The notes under the pieces were generated by a model. That model saw only the letters and a program-made list of their open reading frames with translations. It searched no databases and was not told the DNA's origin. From an uncultured Ruminococcus sp. (GTDB lineage: Bacteria > Bacillota > Clostridia > Oscillospirales > CAG-272), in assembly GCA_964596195.1 (NCBI GenBank), contig CAZQTN010000002.1:2468-46882 (forward strand): a stretch of 44,415 bases of DNA. The letters are read 5' to 3'. Positions 34,632-42,320 of the stretch are shown here, in pieces (within the stretch, counting starts at the first letter, position 1; every line of letters begins with the position of its first letter). The position numbers and the translations under genes are program-made.

Positions 34632-35405
34632 TCAAGGATCGGTCTTGCGCACTTTTTTGATTAAGAAATATACCGAGTATACAAGCATATCCACCGCGAA
34701 GAAGGCGGCGACGTTTAATATCGGCATAACGTAAGGCGCGATACTCTCGGGCAGAGCGTAAAACGGATCGCGCACGACGAAAAACCAGTTGAAAAAGTGG
34801 GAATAATCGCCCGCCGTGCCGTTGTAAAGCGCGTTGCCGAGCATAGCCCACAGCGTCATCGATGCGATTACCGCAAGATCGCGGTAGCACCTTTTCCAAT
34901 TTGGCTTTTCCTCGCCGTAGATCACGACGAGCAGACAGGCGATTGCCATAACGGCGTGAAAGAGCAGAGTCTGTACCACGCGGTATGATAGGGGGTGCAC
35001 CTGATGCCACATTACGCCTGCCGGGTAGACCAAATATATCAGATTGGAAATAAAGCCGAACAGCGCAAATTGCAGACTGTATCTTCCAAGAAATCGGTTG
35101 TGCCGACTTATAAAAAGCATCACGCACATTGCGGTGCAAATATGGAAGGGAAGCTTCTCAACGTCGATCTCTCCGTAGGCAAACGGCATTAAGAAAAAGT
35201 CGGCTACGTACAATCCGAACGCCACGTTTACAAGCGTGTCGGCAAGCTTGATCTTCGTTGTGCCACCCTTGCCCCTGAGGCAAAGCAGGATAAGTGTCAG
35301 CGCGGCGATAGCTATGGCAATGTAGCACAGGTGCCACACTCCAAAGCAGGTGAAAACCGCGCCGCCCTTCTTATCCGCGAGCATATCGTGTAAAGTTGAA
35401 TACAT
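34632..35405 (-). CDS. Multi-pass integral membrane protein (YwaF/TIGR02206-like, tentative)
   Basis: 257 aa with about 7 hydrophobic helices. The assignment rests on overall topology only. Confidence 0.4.
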   Translation of the reverse strand: MYSTLHDMLADKKGGAVFTCFGVWHLCYIAIAIAALTLILLCLRGKGGTTKIKLADTLVNVAFGLYVADFFLMPFAYGEIDVEKLPFHICTAMCVMLFISRHNRFLGRYSLQFALFGFISNLIYLVYPAGVMWHQVHPLSYRVVQTLLFHAVMAIACLLVVIYGEEKPNWKRCYRDLAVIASMTLWAMLGNALYNGTAGDYSHFFNWFFVVRDPFYALPESIAPYVMPILNVAAFFAVDMLVYSVYFLIKKVRKTDP

Positions 35406-35460
35406 CGTATTTTGCCTTTCGGTTTTTGGTATAAGTACGGGGGCGTGTAAAGTTTTTAGA

Positions 35461-36180
35461 CTATTCGAGTATATTTGAAGTTATGAAATCGACACCCATT
35501 TTCGCCAGAGCGTCACCGTCTGCCGGGTCGTCGACCGTCCAGCAGTTGACCTTTAGACCGGCGTCGTGCATTTTCTTGACGGTTTCCTCGGTAAGCGCTG
35601 TGAATTTGACGTCAACGTCGATCTTGTCGGCGGTGAGCCTGTCGACTATCTCGTCCGTGATCTCGCAGAACAGATACTGCACAGACTGCTCGGGCAGGAT
35701 GTCCCTGATTTTTGTGAGGTTGTCGTAATGGAAGGAAATGAACGTCACGTTATCGAGGTAGTCGAGCTTGCGAATTATCTCGATAAAGCGCGCGGTCTCC
35801 TCCTCGGTAAACTTGGATTTTAATTCGAGCACGCAGTGCTTTTCATACCTCTTGCATATGCTGATGTAGTTCTCGAGTGTAGAGGGGCGCAGGTCGGCGC
35901 GATCCTTAGTGCCGTCCTTGTCGAGCAAAACGACGTTTTGCAGGGTGGCGAGTGTGACTTCCTCAACGGGGATTCGCTCTCCGGATACGCGCATAAGATC
36001 ACTATCGTGGCAGACCACGAAGCGGCCGTCCGCAGTTCTGTGTATATCGGTCTCTATTCCGTAGTACGAGCGGTTGCCTGCGGCAACGAAGGCCGCGTTC
36101 GTGTTCTCGCGCTCAATTCCGGACAGCCCCCTGTGCGCTACCACGCGCACGTTGCTCTTGTTAAATTTGATGGTGTTCAT
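35461..36180 (-). CDS. Glycerophosphodiester phosphodiesterase (GDPD family)
   Basis: VVAHRGLSGIERENT...GIETDIHRTADGRFVVCHD matches the GDPD catalytic HR...E.D.H pattern. Confidence 0.8.
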   Translation of the reverse strand: MNTIKFNKSNVRVVAHRGLSGIERENTNAAFVAAGNRSYYGIETDIHRTADGRFVVCHDSDLMRVSGERIPVEEVTLATLQNVVLLDKDGTKDRADLRPSTLENYISICKRYEKHCVLELKSKFTEEETARFIEIIRKLDYLDNVTFISFHYDNLTKIRDILPEQSVQYLFCEITDEIVDRLTADKIDVDVKFTALTEETVKKMHDAGLKVNCWTVDDPADGDALAKMGVDFITSNILE

Positions 36181-36185
36181 TTCAT

Positions 36186-36692
36186 TCAGCCCTCCGACGA
36201 TCCTCTATCCAGCTCGATGAATTGCTTTACATCTATCACTCCTTTGGAGAGCATAAAGAATTTCTCGTTATAATCTTCAACCGTCATGACTCCGACTGCG
36301 ATTATATAATCGATAAGATCGCCGCTCAGGTCGCTCCCGCGATAGCTGCAGGTCACGCGATATCTTATTTCACCATCTGATATGTCGTAATCAAAGCTTC
36401 CGTCAACAAGTCCGTAGTTCGCGACAGAAATGGCAATTGCGCCCTCAACGCGCTTGTCCTCCTCCATATTAAACGGAAGCTTGGAAATAAACTGAACTAC
36501 CTGATTTTTTGCGTTTACAACAATGATAAATTCAATAGGCAGATCATCTCCCTTTACGCCGGTATTTATAACGAGATCTTCGTCGTGCTGTTCATACGTC
36601 CACCCCATTTTGTCAAGGTGTTTTATAATGCTGCTATAAACCTCGTATGCTCTTTCCATATTGATTTCCTGTGCCATTTTTATATCCTTCAT
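36186..36692 (-). CDS. YbjN-domain (putative chaperone/sensory) family protein
   Basis: 168 aa. The pattern ...GWTYEQHDEDLVINTGVKGDDLPIEFIIVVNAKNQVVQFIS resembles YbjN / type III chaperone-like proteins. The real start is more likely the second ATG at 36677 (GAAGGA 8 nt upstream). Confidence 0.5.
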   Translation of the reverse strand: MKDIKMAQEINMERAYEVYSSIIKHLDKMGWTYEQHDEDLVINTGVKGDDLPIEFIIVVNAKNQVVQFISKLPFNMEEDKRVEGAIAISVANYGLVDGSFDYDISDGEIRYRVTCSYRGSDLSGDLIDYIIAVGVMTVEDYNEKFFMLSKGVIDVKQFIELDRGSSEG

Positions 36693-36747
36693 TTAAAAAA
36701 GATTATACTACATTCTATCACGCTCCGAGGTGGCTTGTCAAGTTATA

Positions 36748-37812
36748 TCAGCTCCGCTCATCGCGCAAAAGCTCCGCGCCGCCGAAGGCTTCGATGTTCT
36801 CCATAGTGAGCTTGCCGATCCTGCCGGCGAGTCCGATAACATATCTCTCGCCGCCGCGCACGTTTCTTACGGTGATGTTGTAGGTTTCGTCCTCTGTCGC
36901 GTGGCGTGAGCCGTACAGGTACGTGTCACCGATGCGTACGGCGTAAATGCCGAGATCCATGTGGGGCGACTCCTTAGCCGTATCGTACACCCCGTCTATC
37001 AGAACGTCGTGTAGCTTAAGACCGCTTTGGTTTAAGAGTCGGACATTGGTGCAGAGCGCGGCGGTACGCACGTTCTTTACAGTTATATTATATATGTCGG
37101 ATATAAGTCCCTCGACGGCAAAGGCGCGCTCCAGCGCGCCGTCAAGCGCGGTAAGGGCGACGGAGTCGTCCTCGGTAAAGCCGCTCACGTTCTCGATAAT
37201 GATGTCGTGACAGCCGCGCCGTATGTCGATGCCGTCCGAGTTTTTGACCAATATCTGCTCGTACGCGTCGGTTTTAAGACCGTGGTACTCGTTGCCGTTT
37301 TCGTCTATGCCGATATCGCTTGAGCAAAAATCAACGCCACCTATATATCCGTTAGAGCAATGAATAAAGTTCATCGCCCACCACCGTTGATTGCGGCAGG
37401 AGATGCCTTCTATTTTGAAGCCGTCGACGTTGGTAAATAGGATAAGGTTGTTTTTCCAGACGGGCGGCAGACCGTCCTTAAGCTGCGTGCGCTCTGACAG
37501 ACCGTTGTACTTTCCGCCGTCAAGAATAGCCTTGCCGCGACCGATAAGCGTTATGTTTTTGTCGGTGCCGGCGGTTGTCCTGCCCACGTCGGTGTCGTGG
37601 TGCTCGTTGACAAACATATTAGAGAAGCACCCGTCTGCCATACGTAGATGACAGTCCTCGAGCACGAGTGTGAAGTTCTCGGGCAGGCGTATCTCACGGT
37701 CGATCATCCAGCATCCGCTGACTGTTGCCGTGCGGCTGCCGTTGCTCACCGCTTCGTGTATCTTTTCGGTGATATACCCATACCCGTGTAAAGAAAAATC
37801 GGTATTTTGCAT
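36748..37812 (-). CDS. Right-handed beta-helix protein, GH28-like (no signal peptide)
   Basis: Preferred ATG at 37812 (MQNTDFSL), 2 nt after the upstream stop. NSDGIDIRRGCHDIIIENVSGFTEDDSVAL resembles the GH28 NTDG...G(D)DD..A(I/L) catalytic region. Confidence 0.5.
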   Translation of the reverse strand: MQNTDFSLHGYGYITEKIHEAVSNGSRTATVSGCWMIDREIRLPENFTLVLEDCHLRMADGCFSNMFVNEHHDTDVGRTTAGTDKNITLIGRGKAILDGGKYNGLSERTQLKDGLPPVWKNNLILFTNVDGFKIEGISCRNQRWWAMNFIHCSNGYIGGVDFCSSDIGIDENGNEYHGLKTDAYEQILVKNSDGIDIRRGCHDIIIENVSGFTEDDSVALTALDGALERAFAVEGLISDIYNITVKNVRTAALCTNVRLLNQSGLKLHDVLIDGVYDTAKESPHMDLGIYAVRIGDTYLYGSRHATEDETYNITVRNVRGGERYVIGLAGRIGKLTMENIEAFGGAELLRDERS

Positions 37813-37814
37813 CG

Positions 37815-38606
37815 TTATTTGCCTGCCTTTATCATATTTCGGTAGTATTCTTCGGGGATCTCGCGCTCCCCTTCGCACAGATTGTAGTCGGCGTGCGCCC
37901 ATAGGTGCTTTATTATCTCCGTGCCTTTTCTTGCATCGAAAATGCCGACACGTGCGCCGCCGAGCTGTGCACTCTTAAGTGCGCCGCAAGCTTCGAGGGG
38001 TGCACGGTAATTTTCAAAGAAGCGTGATCCCGTGCGACCGTGCTTGCGGAAGAGCAGGTCGTAACGTTCTCCGCTGTGTCCGATAACGGTTAGCGAGATC
38101 GGCTCTTCAAGTCTGCCCGGCAGATCTAGCATCTCGTCTACCGCGTGAATGTAGGTGTTGCGGTCAAGCCCCACGCCAATGAGGAGTATTTTTGCTCCCT
38201 CGTCATACAGCCTCTGCCATACGCCGCCCGCCGAGCAGGGAGAGGTCGCTTTTTCCTCGCCGTGCACGAAATTTTCTGCACGTTTGCCAAAAACCGTGAC
38301 CGAATGCGTCGGGTGAAGTGAGCGCACACCGTCCTTTCTGAACGCCGCCACCGTTGGCAGCGCGCCAATGCAGGGCAGGGTTTTTTGCACGTCGTACACG
38401 GGCTGCTCCGCGTTGACACTCGCCCACGTGTGAGTGGGAACTATAAACATTCCGTCGGTAAGGTATGTGACGAAGGCATCGATTAGTCCGTCGCATCCGC
38501 CCTCGACCTCACCTAAGGCGCGCATTGAGGTGTGCACGAGCACCGTGTCTCTTCGGCTGATGCCTATGCTTTCAAGAAATTCGTGTATATCTTTTTGAGT
38601 GAGCAT
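37815..38606 (-). CDS. AAC(3)-family aminoglycoside N3-acetyltransferase-like protein
   Basis: Preferred ATG at 38606 (MLTQKDIHEFL). LVHTSMRALGEVEGG...LI.A and VPTHTW are hallmark motifs of the AAC(3)/YokD family. Confidence 0.65.
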   Translation of the reverse strand: MLTQKDIHEFLESIGISRRDTVLVHTSMRALGEVEGGCDGLIDAFVTYLTDGMFIVPTHTWASVNAEQPVYDVQKTLPCIGALPTVAAFRKDGVRSLHPTHSVTVFGKRAENFVHGEEKATSPCSAGGVWQRLYDEGAKILLIGVGLDRNTYIHAVDEMLDLPGRLEEPISLTVIGHSGERYDLLFRKHGRTGSRFFENYRAPLEACGALKSAQLGGARVGIFDARKGTEIIKHLWAHADYNLCEGEREIPEEYYRNMIKAGK

Positions 38607-38735
38607 AGCTGCTCTCACTTTCTTTTTCGAATCTTCAACGCCATTATAGCACTTCGTTCGTGCATAGTCAAGCGAGGTGTTGACATTTTTGTGGTCGGGT
38701 AGTATAATGTGTGTATAAAAATAGCGAGGTGACAT

Positions 38736-39255
38736 ATGATCTACGAGCTTAAAGACTGCCGCACCGGCGATTGCGCCGACAGACTTACACTACAGTTGAA
38801 ATAAAGAAGGAAGGCAACATCGTGACCTTCTTTTTTCACTCGGAAAACACCAAATATTACTGTCTCTACGACTACTACAACGGCATACATTCTGCCGGTG
38901 ACGCTTGCGAGATACTCATAGGCACAGACCCCGAGCGCAAGGTTTGCTACGAGATGGAGATGAGTGCCGACGGACAGCTGATGTTGGCAAAAATGACAAA
39001 CCACGGTCTTGACGTCGGCTTCGTCGCCGTGCCCTTTATCAAGGGCGAATACACCAGAACAGAAAACGGCTATGACTGCGCCATCACCTTTGACCTCGCG
39101 GACATAAACACCGGCGAGGGCGAGGTTTATTCCATGCCTACCGCCTCGACACCAACGGCGGCGAGGAGTTCCAGCGCCTCTACGCCCTGAACCCCACGGT
39201 CTACCATTGGTTCCATATGCCCGACAAATTCCTTTGGCTTAAGGATTACGTCTAA
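38736..39255 (+). pseudogene. CBM9-like/DOMON-like small protein gene broken by two -1 frame changes
   Basis: ATG at 38736 has a strong RBS GAGGTG but only 22 codons. The body lies in the frame of 38771-39190. The C-terminal FHAYRLDTNGGEEFQRLYALNPTVYHWFHMPDKFLWLKDYV reads in a third frame from about 39127 to the TAA at 39253-39255. Confidence 0.55.
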
Positions 39256-39270
39256 TAAGGTTAATAGCAA

Positions 39271-39300
39271 AACGGCAGAGCGCGATCTCTGCCGTTTTTT
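39271..39300 (+). terminator. Intrinsic terminator
   Basis: AACGGCAGAG / CTCTGCCGTT stem, then TTTT. Confidence 0.8.
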
Positions 39301-39323
39301 CGGTTGTTTTATTTTAAAAAAGG

Positions 39324-39425
39324 TTCCCTTGTGTAAAGGGAGCTCCCGACGTGTCAGGTAAGGGATTGTATCTGATGCGGGCAAAGGACAATCCCTCCGC
39401 CGCTTAAAAGCGGCACCTCCCCTTA
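39324..39425. repeat. Array of four short GC hairpins (REP/MITE-like intergenic element)
   Basis: TCCCTT-GTGT-AAGGGA; AGGGATTGT...ACAATCCCT; GCCGCTT-AA-AAGCGGC; CCTCCCCT-TACAC-AGGGGAGG. Located between convergent genes. Confidence 0.6.
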
Positions 39426-39445
39426 CACAGGGGAGGCGTGTGAAA

Positions 39446-39955
39446 TTATTTACCGCTTACCTTGATGTTTTTGCTCCTCAAAAAGGCGAGGAAATCTTCC
39501 TTTGTGCCCTTGGTGAAGCCGTCCTTGCTAAATGAGTAAATCAGGCGCGCATCCGAGCGAAGCACTATGTAGCGTTTAGTTTGTACGGCGCCTCTGATCT
39601 TTGAAAGCTCGATGTTGATGACCGCGCCGGTTGACGAGGTTGTTTCCAAAGCACCCTCGTGCACGAGGGTGCTTATGCTTATCTGCTCACTTGAAACCTC
39701 CTTGTTGCACTTTTCGAGAGTGCCTATCTGGCTAAGGTACGCAAATAACTTAAAAAGCGGAAAGACGGCCATAAGTATCATAATACCCGGATTGTGTTCG
39801 AGGTCGAAAATCGCAAGCACGAGTTGCGCAAGGAAGCAAACGGCGCAGATAATAAATGCGGCTACGGTGATCGGGCGACGGAAATGAAAGTAGCCGTAGA
39901 TCTCCTTATAGAATGATTTATCGGGCGTGTAGCTGTTTTCAAATAATGGTTCCAT
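39446..39955 (-). CDS. YcxB-like membrane protein (two TM helices + bPH-like C-domain), tentative
   Basis: Preferred ATG at 39955 (RBS AAAGGAG). FYKEIYGYFHFRRP followed by two hydrophobic helices and a C-terminal ...YIVLRSDARLIYSFSKDGF.KGT.EDF..FL is typical of YcxB family proteins. Confidence 0.5.
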   Translation of the reverse strand: MEPLFENSYTPDKSFYKEIYGYFHFRRPITVAAFIICAVCFLAQLVLAIFDLEHNPGIMILMAVFPLFKLFAYLSQIGTLEKCNKEVSSEQISISTLVHEGALETTSSTGAVINIELSKIRGAVQTKRYIVLRSDARLIYSFSKDGFTKGTKEDFLAFLRSKNIKVSGK

Positions 39956-40027
39956 TTTGCGCTCCTTTCTTGTTGATAGAATGGTGGCCTGCGAGGTCAT
40001 TATAGCACAAAAGAGGTGCAAGGTCAA

Positions 40028-40094
40028 GTAGGGGCGATTCACGAATCGCCCGCATTTACCGAGGTTTCACGGGCGATTCGTGAATCGCCCCTAC
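40028..40094. repeat. Two inverted copies of the GGGCGATTC(A/G)(C/T)GAATCGCCC REP-like element
   Basis: GTAGGGGCGATTCACGAATCGCCC (40028-40051) and GGGCGATTCGTGAATCGCCCCTAC (40071-40094), separated by 19 nt. Same family as 26983-27010. Confidence 0.85.
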
Positions 40095-40097
40095 ATA

Positions 40098-40124
40098 TGA
40101 AAACAGCACCTCGGTTGAGGTGCT
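40098..40124 (-). terminator. Intrinsic terminator-like hairpin (minus strand)
   Basis: AGCACCTC-AACC-GAGGTGCT followed by GTTTTCA on the minus strand. Confidence 0.5.
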
Positions 40125-40274
40125 TTGCGCCACCGCGGGTATTCGCCGATGGCGAAGATATCTCACCTTTCACGATACCTCGCAAGCGGGCATCGGTAAG
40201 AAAGGTGGATATGTGAACCGGATTTCTTGCGCTTTGCGCGGCGAAAGCCCGGCTCAAAGCGAGAGCTGCGTCTC

Positions 40275-40316
40275 CCAAAAGAAAGAAAACAGCACTCCTG
40301 ATGGAGTGCTGTTTTC
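40275..40316 (-). terminator. Intrinsic terminator immediately after tRNA-Cys
   Basis: GAAAACAGCACTCC / GGAGTGCTGTTTTC 14-bp stem (40285-40316). On the minus strand it is followed by TTTCTTTTGGG. Confidence 0.8.
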
Positions 40317-40318
40317 TT

Positions 40319-40393
40319 TGGAGGCGCCACCCGGATTTGAACCGGGGGATAGAGGTTTTGCAGACCTGTGCCTTACCGCTTGGCCATGGCGCC
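40319..40393 (-). tRNA. tRNA-Cys (anticodon GCA), CCA encoded
   Basis: The reverse complement reads GGCGCCATGGCCAAGCGGTAAGGCACAGGTCTGCAAAACCTCTATCCCCCGGTTCAAATCCGGGTGGCGCCTCCA (75 nt). It has a 7-bp acceptor stem GGCGCCA/TGGCGCC, anticodon loop CTGCAAA and T-arm GGTTCAAATCC. Confidence 0.92.
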
Positions 40394-40412
40394 GTTCAAT
40401 TTACGCTATATT

Positions 40413-40441
40413 ATTATAGCAGACAGTTTTTGGTTTGTCAA
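40413..40441 (-). promoter_or_regulatory. Canonical sigma-A promoter of tRNA-Cys
   Basis: On the minus strand: TTGACA (40441-40436), 17-nt spacer, TATAAT (40418-40413), about 20 nt upstream of the tRNA 5' end. Confidence 0.7.
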
Positions 40442-40557
40442 GAGGGAAAAGTATTTTTTGAGAAGTTTTTATGTGTTTTTATGTGTAAGCATTTTACTCT
40501 AATATAATATGATGAAAACGAGTGTGACGTACCAAGTAACGCGGTGCATAATCTTGT

Positions 40558-40773
40558 TCATTTTTGTATATTGGGATTATCGCTGATGCCTAGGATGTAA
40601 TCGACAGAAACACTATAAAACGTCGACAGCTTTATAAGTATATCGGTAGGAATATCTCTTTGGCCGAGCTCGTAGTTGCTATAAACTTGCTGTGAGCAGT
40701 TCAAGACTTGGGCGACAGCCCTTTGTGTGAGATCGTTATCCTCGCGCAGATCTCTAATTCTTTTATATATCAT
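40558..40773 (-). CDS. XRE-family helix-turn-helix transcriptional regulator (71 aa)
   Basis: Preferred ATG at 40773 (GGAG 5 nt upstream). IRDLREDNDLTQRAVAQVLNCSQQVYSNYELGQRDIPTDILIKLSTFY is a classic Cro/CI-type HTH_3. Confidence 0.85.
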   Translation of the reverse strand: MIYKRIRDLREDNDLTQRAVAQVLNCSQQVYSNYELGQRDIPTDILIKLSTFYSVSVDYILGISDNPNIQK

Positions 40774-40812
40774 AACAGCTCCATTTTTGACAGTTAGTAT
40801 GAAAATTATAAC

Positions 40813-40859
40813 AAACCGCAAAATGCAGTATTGACTTATACCGCAAATTGCGGTATAAT
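40813..40859 (+). promoter_or_regulatory. Promoter with an embedded perfect operator palindrome, plus an upstream imperfect copy
   Basis: TTGACT (40831-40836), 17-nt spacer, TATAAT (40854-40859). The spacer and -10 contain ATACCGCAA-A-TTGCGGTAT (40838-40856). A related AAACCGCAA-A-ATGCAGTAT lies at 40813-40831. Confidence 0.65.
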
Positions 40860-40915
40860 ATCATCAAAAGCACAATGGGTGTGCTTTTGAGAATTAATGA
40901 CGGGAGAATTTTGTT

Positions 40916-41377
40916 ATGTTTGGAATTGTTATTGTAGGTATAATTATTTTGGTTGTGTTTTTGATTATCAATTATAATATGGCGCAGAATATGCAGGAAA
41001 TAGTTGAAAAAAAGGGATATACCGACTTAAGAGTCGTGACGATTTGCTTTTGGCTCGGCATTATCGGATATCTTTACGTCATAGCTTTGCCCGATCTTGA
41101 AGAGCGCAGACTCCTTAAGAAAATCGCGGGAGAGGAAGTTGATGTTGGTGATATACAATGCTCTGAGAGAGTTATAAAACCTCGAAAGCCAATCGAATTA
41201 ACTTATAATTGCGAAAGCATTATTGTTATGGAAAAGGATTTTGAGGACAGGTGCACATTTTGCCAACGTAAAAGCACTGTAAGATATTGCAAAATAAAAA
41301 AGGATATTGGCACACAACGCATAGCGCTTTGCGAAGATTGTATTAATAAATTTAAGGATAGCTGCGCGAGCAAATAA
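40916..41377 (+). CDS. Small membrane protein with a C-terminal CxxC...CxxC zinc-ribbon (ClpX-ZBD-like spacing), function unknown
   Basis: 153 aa with RBS GGGAG. Two TM helices (FGIVIVGIIILVVFLIINY; VVTICFWLGIIGYLYVIALPD). The C-terminus is RCTFCQRKSTVRYCKIKKDIGTQRIALCEDCINKF. Very AT-rich coding sequence. Confidence 0.6.
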   Translation: MFGIVIVGIIILVVFLIINYNMAQNMQEIVEKKGYTDLRVVTICFWLGIIGYLYVIALPDLEERRLLKKIAGEEVDVGDIQCSERVIKPRKPIELTYNCESIIVMEKDFEDRCTFCQRKSTVRYCKIKKDIGTQRIALCEDCINKFKDSCASK

Positions 41378-41391
41378 GCGAGTGCGTTGTA

Positions 41392-41420
41392 TTGACAAAC
41401 ACAAAAATATGCAGTATACT
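41392..41420 (+). promoter_or_regulatory. Canonical sigma-A promoter
   Basis: TTGACA (41392-41397), 17-nt spacer, TATACT (41415-41420). Confidence 0.55.
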
Positions 41421-41458
41421 TATCTCATCATGTACTTTACTTTTAAGGAGTAAAATCT

Positions 41459-41992
41459 ATGGCGAAAGAAGTCAAAAAGAAAAGCGAGGGAAGGGGCAAC
41501 TCAACTATGAACATAAAAATTATCGAGTATATCGTACAAGCAGTAAAAAACATTTCCGAAATATGCAATAAGGTTGTTGATGCCTCGGATCCCAAAAAGT
41601 ATGCCGAGGGTGTTAATGCACTTAACGAAAATGTTGATGAAACATACGCAAAAATGAGGGAATTGATTACTCAAGACGATACTTTGACTGCAACGGAAAA
41701 AGTCGAAAAGCTGGAAAAATTAGCCGAGAGTCAGCAAGCTGCTCTGAGGGCTTGTAAAGATGATATAAAAGATAACAGAGAGCACATCGCCAAAATTGTT
41801 ACCGAGGTTTTTGCTGCGCTTGCTACTTGTGGTGTTTCTTGCATTCCAAAGGTTATTAAAGGATGCAAAAAAGCTTGTGTTGCGATGCCTGATGATGTGT
41901 TGATTGAGAGTGATATTCCGATTGATTACATTGAAGAAGCAAAAAGCAATAACGAAAACGCAAACGAATCTAATCTTGATTTAGTACATTAA
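41459..41992 (+). CDS. Hypothetical helical protein with a Cys-rich hydrophobic segment
   Basis: 177 aa, with RBS AAGGAG 8 nt upstream. The helical, charged N-part (LTATEKVEKLEKLAESQQAALRACKDDIKDNREH) is followed by IAKIVTEVFAALATCGVSCIPKVIKGCKKAC and an acidic tail. No family recognised. Confidence 0.5.
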   Translation: MAKEVKKKSEGRGNSTMNIKIIEYIVQAVKNISEICNKVVDASDPKKYAEGVNALNENVDETYAKMRELITQDDTLTATEKVEKLEKLAESQQAALRACKDDIKDNREHIAKIVTEVFAALATCGVSCIPKVIKGCKKACVAMPDDVLIESDIPIDYIEEAKSNNENANESNLDLVH

Positions 41993-42011
41993 AAAATCAG
42001 AGGTTATTATA

Positions 42012-42188
42012 ATGGCAAAAGAGAAAAGATTTGAAAAGGTTTATGCTCAGGGGGCGGGGTCTACCGAGATCTGGGTTGACAAGGAAACCGGCGTTAATTA
42101 TTTGTACCACGCAAGCGGATATGCCGGTGGGTTGACGGTTCTCGTCGACAAGGACGGAAAGCCGATAGTAACGCTCACCGAGGATTGA
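42012..42188 (+). CDS. Small DUF6440-like protein (58 aa; below the ORF-track cutoff)
   Basis: ATG at 42012 after AGAGGT. MAKEKRFEKVYAQGAGSTEIWVDKETGVNYLYHASGYAGGLTVLVDKDGKPIVTLTED; the VDKETGVNYL...GGLT.L.D.DGKP pattern matches my memory of DUF6440 proteins. Confidence 0.5.
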   Translation: MAKEKRFEKVYAQGAGSTEIWVDKETGVNYLYHASGYAGGLTVLVDKDGKPIVTLTED

Positions 42189-42298
42189 CGGTTGCAAGCT
42201 GTGAAGCACGAGGTTAAAAGCCTTCTCCGCTTAGAACGCCATTTTAAAGAACAGTTTTGCAAGAATACGGTATATCTCGAAAGAGGTATGCCGTATTT

Positions 42299-42320
42299 TG
42301 CATTTGTGGACACAAATGCA
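42299..42320. repeat. Perfect 10+2+10 palindrome TGCATTTGTG-GA-CACAAATGCA
   Basis: Read directly from the sequence. Located at the GC/AT transition at the right edge of the AT-rich islet. Confidence 0.7.

Noticed and set aside
34498-35139. A 213-aa minus-strand ORF overlapping the membrane protein gene 34632-35405 in another frame.
   Set aside because: Its translation is Arg-rich and low in complexity, while the overlapping frame encodes a coherent multi-helix membrane protein. It is most likely a frame shadow.
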